DNA of 64,000 bases from Nitrospirota bacterium (lineage in GTDB: Bacteria; Nitrospirota; UBA9217). Positions 58,081 through 64,000 of this stretch are shown in pieces. Position numbers and translations under genes: made by a program. Position 1 is the stretch's first letter. Every line of letters starts with the position of its first letter. Location of the stretch: the NCBI GenBank assembly GCA_963790205.1, contig CAWBNQ010000003.1, positions 544,001 through 608,000 on the forward strand, given 5' to 3'. The notes beneath the pieces were generated by a model, which worked only from the letters and a program-made list of their open reading frames with translations, searched no databases and was not told the origin of the DNA.

Positions 58081-59007
58081 ATGTACCTGTATCTACCTGT
58101 AGCATTGACCAGCATCAACATCTTGATCCCTGTGGGGCTTGGGCTTGCCGTGGGCCTGCTGTCCGGCCTCTTCGGCGTGGGCGGCGGATTCCTGATGACC
58201 CCGCTCCTCATCATGTTCGGCATTCCCTCGACCGTTGCAGCAGCGACCGATTCGAACCAGATTGTGGCGGCCTCGACCTCCGGGACCTATGCGCACTGGA
58301 AGGTCGGGAACGTTGATTTCAAGATGGGGCTGTACCTTCTCGTCGGCGGTTTTATCGGCGGCATAGTCGGGGTGCAGGTCATCAAGGTCCTCCATGCCAT
58401 GGGCAATGCCGATTTCGTCATCAAGATGACCTATGTGTTTATGCTCGGCATCGTCGGCGTCTACATGTTCATCGAGAGCCTCCAAAGCATGAGAAAGAAA
58501 AAGACCGCCGTGGTGGAGAAGAAAAAAGAGGAGAAAGAGTCCGCCGTGGGCAGGTTCCTCAAGTCTCTGCCGCTTCAGACGCATTTTGAAAAATCGGGCA
58601 TCACCCATTCGGTCCTGGTCCCCATAGTCCTCGGCGGGTTCGTGGGCGTGCTTGCCGCCATCATGGGCGTGGGCGGCGGGTTCCTCATGGTGCCGATCAT
58701 GGTCTACATGCTCCGGATGCCGATGCACGTGGTGGTCGGGACGAGCCTGTTCCAGATCCTGTTCACCTGCATCGAGGTAACGTTCCTCCAGGCCTATACG
58801 AACCACAGTGTGGACTTTGTCCTTGCCGTACTCCTGCTTCTGGGGTCCACGATCGGGGCGCAGGCAGGCGCGGTCATGGGAAGAAAGCTCAAGGCCGAAC
58901 AGCTCAAGATCCTCCTCGCGGGGATCGTGCTCGTGGTGACCGTGAAGATCATCTTCGAACTGACGCTCGCACCGTCATTACTTCTCTCTCAGGCAGGAGG
59001 ACACTAA
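58081..59007 (+). CDS. Sulfite exporter TauE/SafE family permease
   Basis: SGLFGVGGGFLMTP and AIMGVGGGFLMVP repeats; VVGTSLFQI. Confidence 0.92.
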   Translation: MYLYLPVALTSINILIPVGLGLAVGLLSGLFGVGGGFLMTPLLIMFGIPSTVAAATDSNQIVAASTSGTYAHWKVGNVDFKMGLYLLVGGFIGGIVGVQVIKVLHAMGNADFVIKMTYVFMLGIVGVYMFIESLQSMRKKKTAVVEKKKEEKESAVGRFLKSLPLQTHFEKSGITHSVLVPIVLGGFVGVLAAIMGVGGGFLMVPIMVYMLRMPMHVVVGTSLFQILFTCIEVTFLQAYTNHSVDFVLAVLLLLGSTIGAQAGAVMGRKLKAEQLKILLAGIVLVVTVKIIFELTLAPSLLLSQAGGH

Positions 59008-59843
59008 TGCATATCCATTTACATTCGCTCCTGATTCATTATGCCAGGTTTTTTGGCAGTACGCGGTTTTTAAGCACGTTGATTCTCATGTTGGTGTTTT
59101 CACTGTTCCAGTTCGCCAGCGCAAAACCGGCATCGGCAATGCTGACAGCTAAGGCGAACCATGATCACATCACCATCGATTTCTTCTATCACGGAAGCAC
59201 CGTAAGCGTAAAGGGCGAGTCTGACCCGGGCGTCGATCTCGTCATCAAGATGACCTCTCCCGAGGGGCATCAGGTCCTGAAGCAGAAAGGGAAGGTCGGA
59301 GGACTTTTGTGGATGAATGTGGGACAGCTCAAGTTCGAGCAAACGCCCAACTTCTACGCCGTGTACAGCACAAAGAAGCTCGATGAGATATTGAACAAGG
59401 AAGAGCAGGAAAATTATGTCATCGGCTACCCGGCGCTTGAAAAGCACATTACGGTAACTCCGGTAAACGGCGAAGAAGAGAAAGCTAAGTGGTTCGATGA
59501 ATTCGTCAAGTACAAGGAGGAGTCCAGGGTGTATGCAAACTCCTTCGGGAAAATAGAGACAAAGGTGAATGCCCAGGGGCAGCAGGAATATTTCATCTTG
59601 ACCGATTGGCCTTATCAGGCTGCCCCCGGCGATTATCTGGTAACGGTCTATGCAGTGAAGAAGGGGAAGGTTGTGGAACAGGCTGAGTCGAAGGTGAACG
59701 TCGAACAGGTCGGCGTGGTCAAAACACTCGCTACCATGGCTAAGAACAGCGCTGCGTTCTACGGACTTCTCTCGATCGGTATCGCGCTCGGCGCCGGCTT
59801 CGGCGTCGGCCTGGTGTTTAGGAAGGGCGGAGGTTCTCATTAA
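59007..59843 (+). CDS. TIGR02186-like membrane protein (TauE partner)
   Basis: I.IDFFYHG, KGKVGGLLWMN, PNFY, C-terminal TM; overlaps the TauE stop codon. Confidence 0.8.
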   Translation: MHIHLHSLLIHYARFFGSTRFLSTLILMLVFSLFQFASAKPASAMLTAKANHDHITIDFFYHGSTVSVKGESDPGVDLVIKMTSPEGHQVLKQKGKVGGLLWMNVGQLKFEQTPNFYAVYSTKKLDEILNKEEQENYVIGYPALEKHITVTPVNGEEEKAKWFDEFVKYKEESRVYANSFGKIETKVNAQGQQEYFILTDWPYQAAPGDYLVTVYAVKKGKVVEQAESKVNVEQVGVVKTLATMAKNSAAFYGLLSIGIALGAGFGVGLVFRKGGGSH

Positions 59844-59845
59844 GC

Positions 59846-60709
59846 ATGTATAAATCAATTATCGTTGGATACGACGAGTCGCTTTCGAGCAAGGCCGCGC
59901 TCAAGGAAGCGTCGCTCCGGATAAAGCGGCAGGGCGGTACGCTGGTCCTCGTCCATGCGGTGTATTTCGATCAGGAGGAGTTCGCGATCTTGCCGTCACA
60001 GATGGAAAAGCGTTTTGAATTCGGTACCCACGTGTGTCTCCAGGCGAAAAAAGACCTTCATGATGAATTCGGGTTGAACGGCAGCGTCGAGTCGTTTGTA
60101 TGCGAGGGCGAGCCGCCCGATGTTATCGTTGAAACGGCCCAGGGAAAGAAGGCCGATCTCATCGCCCTCGGCACCTACGGCAGGAAGGGACTCAAGCGCC
60201 TGCTAATGGGCAGCGTGACGTCGCAGGTCATTTTGAACTCGCCCTGTGATGTTCTAGTGGTCAAAAATCCCTGCGAGAAGTGCGCAGGCGCCTATGGATC
60301 GCTCCTCGTTCCATTCGACGGGTCGGACACCAGCAAAAAAGCGCTGGTCCGGGCCTGCGAGTTGTCAAAAAGCGACGGCTCGGAGATTTCGGTCCTGTAT
60401 GTGATCCCGCGCTATGAGGAAATGATGGATTTTTTCAAGACTGAAACCATCAAGAAGAGCCTCTATCAGGAAGCGGAAAAGATCGCAGAAGGGGCCAAAA
60501 AAATCGCGGCCGCGCAGGGGACGCAAATCAAGGCAGTTGTTCAGGAAGGCCATGCGGGCGAGAAGATCGTGGAGATTGCTGACAAGCTCAAGAACGACCT
60601 GATCGTCATGGGGACCCACGGCTGGCGGGGCATGGACAAAGCGATCCTGGGAAGCACGACGGAGCGGATTATTGCGTACGCATCGTGTCCCATATTGATT
60701 GTCAGATAA
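59846..60709 (+). CDS. Universal stress protein (tandem Usp)
   Basis: GTYGRKGLKRLLMGSVT; GTHGWRG..AILGSTT. Confidence 0.92.
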   Translation: MYKSIIVGYDESLSSKAALKEASLRIKRQGGTLVLVHAVYFDQEEFAILPSQMEKRFEFGTHVCLQAKKDLHDEFGLNGSVESFVCEGEPPDVIVETAQGKKADLIALGTYGRKGLKRLLMGSVTSQVILNSPCDVLVVKNPCEKCAGAYGSLLVPFDGSDTSKKALVRACELSKSDGSEISVLYVIPRYEEMMDFFKTETIKKSLYQEAEKIAEGAKKIAAAQGTQIKAVVQEGHAGEKIVEIADKLKNDLIVMGTHGWRGMDKAILGSTTERIIAYASCPILIVR

Positions 60710-60808
60710 CAAAATTAACCACAGAGGATGCGGGAGGCCGGGGAAAGGCGCTTACTTGTTTGATTTATCGTCTGTGGTGAAGATATTCTTTATGAGGAGT
60801 GCAGCGAT

Positions 60809-61231
60809 ATGAAAGGCTATAGAAAAGTATTGATCGCGCTAAACGGCTCAAAGGAAGTTCTGCAGCAGGGCATCAGGCTTGCCCGGGACGAGAAGACCTG
60901 GATCACCGTGGTAAAGGTCGTTCGGCCGTTCGACGGAGAGCTGAACCTCACGGGCATAAAAAACCTGAACGACGTGCTCGATGACGGCGGAACCGCGGCC
61001 GTCAGGGAAATCAACAAGACCGCCGAATACGAGGGCGCCCTGGTGAAGACCAGGCTGGAGCAGGGCGACGTGCCGCAGCGGATCGTGGAGGTCGCGGAAG
61101 AGGAAAAGTGCGATCTCATCATCATGGGCTCGAAAAAGAAAAAGGGCATCCTGAGCAGGCTCTTCGGCGACCACGTGGTGGAAAAGGTCATCGACCGCGC
61201 CCCGTGCCCGGTGTTCGTCGTCGGGATATAA
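60809..61231 (+). CDS. Universal stress protein
   Basis: [23 protein letters not shown]. Confidence 0.9.
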   Translation: MKGYRKVLIALNGSKEVLQQGIRLARDEKTWITVVKVVRPFDGELNLTGIKNLNDVLDDGGTAAVREINKTAEYEGALVKTRLEQGDVPQRIVEVAEEEKCDLIIMGSKKKKGILSRLFGDHVVEKVIDRAPCPVFVVGI

Positions 61232-61269
61232 ATTACTATTTATCAGCATTGAAAAAAGGAGTATTAATC

Positions 61270-61455
61270 ATGGAAGGGTTATTTCAGCCTTTGCATCTGA
61301 TCGTTATTCTATTCATTGTATTGATCATCTTCGGCCCGGGTAAGCTCCCGGAGTTCGGAGAAGGCCTTGGGAAGAGCATCAAGGCCTTTAAGAAGGCCCT
61401 GAGAGAGGGACAGGATTCATCGGTGATAGAGCACAAGGAAGAGAAAAAATCCTGA
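61270..61455 (+). CDS. tatA: Twin-arginine translocase TatA/E subunit
   Basis: [34 protein letters not shown]. Confidence 0.92.
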   Translation: MEGLFQPLHLIVILFIVLIIFGPGKLPEFGEGLGKSIKAFKKALREGQDSSVIEHKEEKKS

Positions 61456-61744
61456 TCTCTGACGTTAAAATAAGCAGTAATAAGCAGTAAGATGAATGGT
61501 GGGAAGATTGTCAGCTTTTTCAATGCAGCGATTCTGCTGCGATGGAGAAAGGTCTTCCCATAGCAACATCCTATTATTCCAGCAAGGTATGACGCTGTCG
61601 AGGGCAATTGCCGGCTCGGCAAGAAGTTGTAATATATCACAGACTGAGGGGAAAGGTCCTCAAGAATTGCGCGAGAAAAGGATATTTTTGGATTATGAAG
61701 TATCGCTTTGGCTTTCGTAACTGTCTTCAGGACGTTAGTATAGA

Positions 61745-63394
61745 ATGTCAGACGCTATTCAACTGAAAAAAAAGTTTAATCGGCTAGTAAGAAGAGGAAT
61801 TCTGACCGATGGTGAATTAGAGGGCGCTGTAAAAGAATCAAAAACCTCTGGTAAATATCCTGAGGATTGGTTCATAGAAATAGGCGTGCCCAAGCACGAG
61901 ATCCTTTTCTGCCTGTCCGAACACTACGGGCTACCCTTCGTAGAATATGATGAAAGCGTTATTGCCGCTTATCTCCTGATCATCCGTTTGGACATGGAGA
62001 AACTGAAACAGGCTCTCTGGTTTCCGCGATCGGTCAGTCAGGACCGGGCCGAAGTGATCGCATACCGCCCCGACGATCCCCAGGTAGTCGGCGATATAAA
62101 AAAGACCTTGGGCGTTCACCATATCGATTTTATTGTTGCCCTTCCTGCTGACATCGTCCGCATCATCGAGCACAATTTTGACGTTAATCCCTCGTTTTCC
62201 TTCTCAGGGGGAAGAACGCCCCTTGCGCGAGTGAGGACTTATTTCGCTTACCGGCGGTCGACCTATGCTCATTATAGGACGTTATATGCCAAGGGAAGGA
62301 CCGGCCTTGCGTTTATCAGGACCGGTGTTTCCTTCATCGTTATTGCGCTTTTGTTCCTGAGAGTGTTTGGCATAGGAGCTTTGACCGTCATGGAGGCGCC
62401 GCTCCTTATCGTCGGCGTTATCATGCTCTATGACGGGCTTAAATGGTATTTCCCTGCGCGAAGAATAGCGAAAAAACCGATCATTTCCACGTGCACCGAG
62501 CCTTCCTGGGGAGCCTGCGTGCTGGAGGAGTCGATGTCCGAAAAAGGGGCCCCTATTTTCAACCGCGGCGGCATGGTCAAGGGCGCAGAAGCGCTCCGGG
62601 CGGGGTGGGAGTATCTTTCTCCGGTCATGCGGCGCAGGTTTCTTGCTTCCGACAGAACGGACATGGCAGAGGAACGGACCGCTCTGGCGGGCCACAGGAC
62701 CAAACTGGCGCGTGCCCGGACAGGGCTTGCCTTTACGCGGACGGGAATTGCCTTCATCGGCCTGGGCGTTGGTTTGTTCCGGCAATTTCACGCCAGCAAG
62801 TGGACGCTTCTCGACCTATCGCTCGTCGTTACAGGGCTGTTGATGTCTGCGGAAGGTTTCTACTGGTATTTGGCCGGAAGACGGTCCGGCATAGAAAGCT
62901 TTAAATCTGTGATCAACGCGGTTAATAAAGAAAGCATCTGGGACAGGGTATTCCCGCTCCGGCATAACCGTCAACAGGACAAGGCCGGTCCCCCGGTTCG
63001 CGCTTCTCATTTGCCGGGCATATGGGCCACTACCGGGCTCGCTCTCGAACGGACCGTTCTCGCGGACCGGCGATGCGTGATGGCCAGGCTGCGCTCGGTT
63101 ATGGCAGTCACGCGGACAGGCCTGGCATTTGTCCGGACGGGCATGAGTATTACTTCTGTTGGCGCGGGTCTCATGGTGTACTTCGGCACGGCATCGGCAG
63201 GCTGGACGCTCTTTAATGCGGTGATGATCTTCACCGGCCTTGCGTTGATTGCCGATGGGTACTATTGGATCGTTCCGACCGAAAAAATGAGAGCGCAATA
63301 CCCCTATTGTTACGGTGATATGGAGATAACCCTTCCCGATTACGGCGTACCGACGAACAAATGGGGAACGGTTTTTTTTAGTCAGTATGAATAA
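61745..63394 (+). CDS. MshEN/T2SSE_N-like domain fused to three DUF202-like membrane units
   Basis: N-terminal LVRRGILT..EL..A...LSEHYGLPFVEYD..P; three (RTxLAxx)n-RTG units, each followed by two TMs. Confidence 0.75.
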   Translation: MSDAIQLKKKFNRLVRRGILTDGELEGAVKESKTSGKYPEDWFIEIGVPKHEILFCLSEHYGLPFVEYDESVIAAYLLIIRLDMEKLKQALWFPRSVSQDRAEVIAYRPDDPQVVGDIKKTLGVHHIDFIVALPADIVRIIEHNFDVNPSFSFSGGRTPLARVRTYFAYRRSTYAHYRTLYAKGRTGLAFIRTGVSFIVIALLFLRVFGIGALTVMEAPLLIVGVIMLYDGLKWYFPARRIAKKPIISTCTEPSWGACVLEESMSEKGAPIFNRGGMVKGAEALRAGWEYLSPVMRRRFLASDRTDMAEERTALAGHRTKLARARTGLAFTRTGIAFIGLGVGLFRQFHASKWTLLDLSLVVTGLLMSAEGFYWYLAGRRSGIESFKSVINAVNKESIWDRVFPLRHNRQQDKAGPPVRASHLPGIWATTGLALERTVLADRRCVMARLRSVMAVTRTGLAFVRTGMSITSVGAGLMVYFGTASAGWTLFNAVMIFTGLALIADGYYWIVPTEKMRAQYPYCYGDMEITLPDYGVPTNKWGTVFFSQYE

Positions 63395-63998
63395 TGAACT
63401 TTTGAACATGAATAATAAAGATCTGACCAATGCCCACGTGCGGAGAGGCCCGGAGTTATCCTTCCTCGTTGAGCGCGGGTTTTTAGACCGACAAGCGCTT
63501 GAGGAGGCGTCATTCGTCGCCCGGGCGCGGGGGATTGACCTCGAGAAGCTTCTGCTTGCGGAATACGGCGTGCCCAAGCTCCGGCTGCTTGAGGCCCTTG
63601 CCGCGTATTATCAATGCTCATTCATTGAATATGATGAACGTCTCCCCATCCCGTCCGAGCTTCTGACCGGTCTCAGCGCTGATGCGCTTTCAACGAACCA
63701 ATGGATGCCCGTCATCAAAGAAAGCACCGGCACGGTGGTCATCGCGGCGAGAAACCCTGATAGCCCCGCCATGAGGGAAGATGTAAAAAAATACGTAAAG
63801 GCCGAGCGATATGAGTTCCGGGTCACCCTTGATTTCGATATACAGTGGTTTATTCAGGATTATCTTCATGCCAAGCCGGGTTTATTGATAGGTACGGAAC
63901 GGACGGGACTCGCGTACTGGCGCAATACCATGGCCCATTGGAGGACGAGGCTCGCCTGTTACCGGACCGACCTCGCGAGCGCCCGGACCGGTCTTGCC
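63387..63998 (+). CDS. Second MshEN-DUF202 paralogue, truncated by the window end
   Basis: Read manually: LVERGFLDRQALEEA...LAAYYQCSFIEYDE...ERTGLAYWRNTMAHWRTRLACYRTDLASARTGLA; ATG overlaps the upstream stop. Confidence 0.75.
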   Translation, partial: MNNELLNMNNKDLTNAHVRRGPELSFLVERGFLDRQALEEASFVARARGIDLEKLLLAEYGVPKLRLLEALAAYYQCSFIEYDERLPIPSELLTGLSADALSTNQWMPVIKESTGTVVIAARNPDSPAMREDVKKYVKAERYEFRVTLDFDIQWFIQDYLHAKPGLLIGTERTGLAYWRNTMAHWRTRLACYRTDLASARTGLA

Positions 63999-64000
63999 TT

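Overview
Bacterial genomic window, moderately GC-rich by eye. Gene content and repeat style suggest a Nitrospirota/Desulfobacterota-like organism (inference, not tested). It is mostly envelope and stress genes: two large Ser/Thr-rich surface proteins, a GT2-methyltransferase-TPR/GT-C glycosylation islet, two modular M1-aminopeptidase fusions, a MacAB/LolCDE-like ABC system, ArnT-like GT, two Pal paralogues, DegP, M16 protease, a glucoamylase/glucose dehydrogenase/MFS operon, mprF-acvB, a P3A-type H+-ATPase and a sigma54-driven TauE/Usp cluster. Two IS elements are present: an ISL3 with an 8-bp TSD and an IS110/IS1111-type element. Main highlights: (1) the IS110 element sits in a REP-like palindrome, its downstream non-coding region contains readable bridge-RNA target and donor guides, and its circle junction forms a 17-bp-spaced promoter; (2) an A20-variant GEMM-I riboswitch (candidate c-AMP-GMP sensor) with tandem CRP-like boxes precedes an Ig-repeat adhesin; (3) tandem genes fuse an MshEN/T2SSE_N domain to Arg-heptad DUF202 membrane units; (4) an exact reciprocal 615-bp inversion splits a TolB-like gene; (5) a decayed duplicate of a peptidase 3' end brackets the glycosylation islet. 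All calls come from reading the sequence and recognising motifs; no searches were run.
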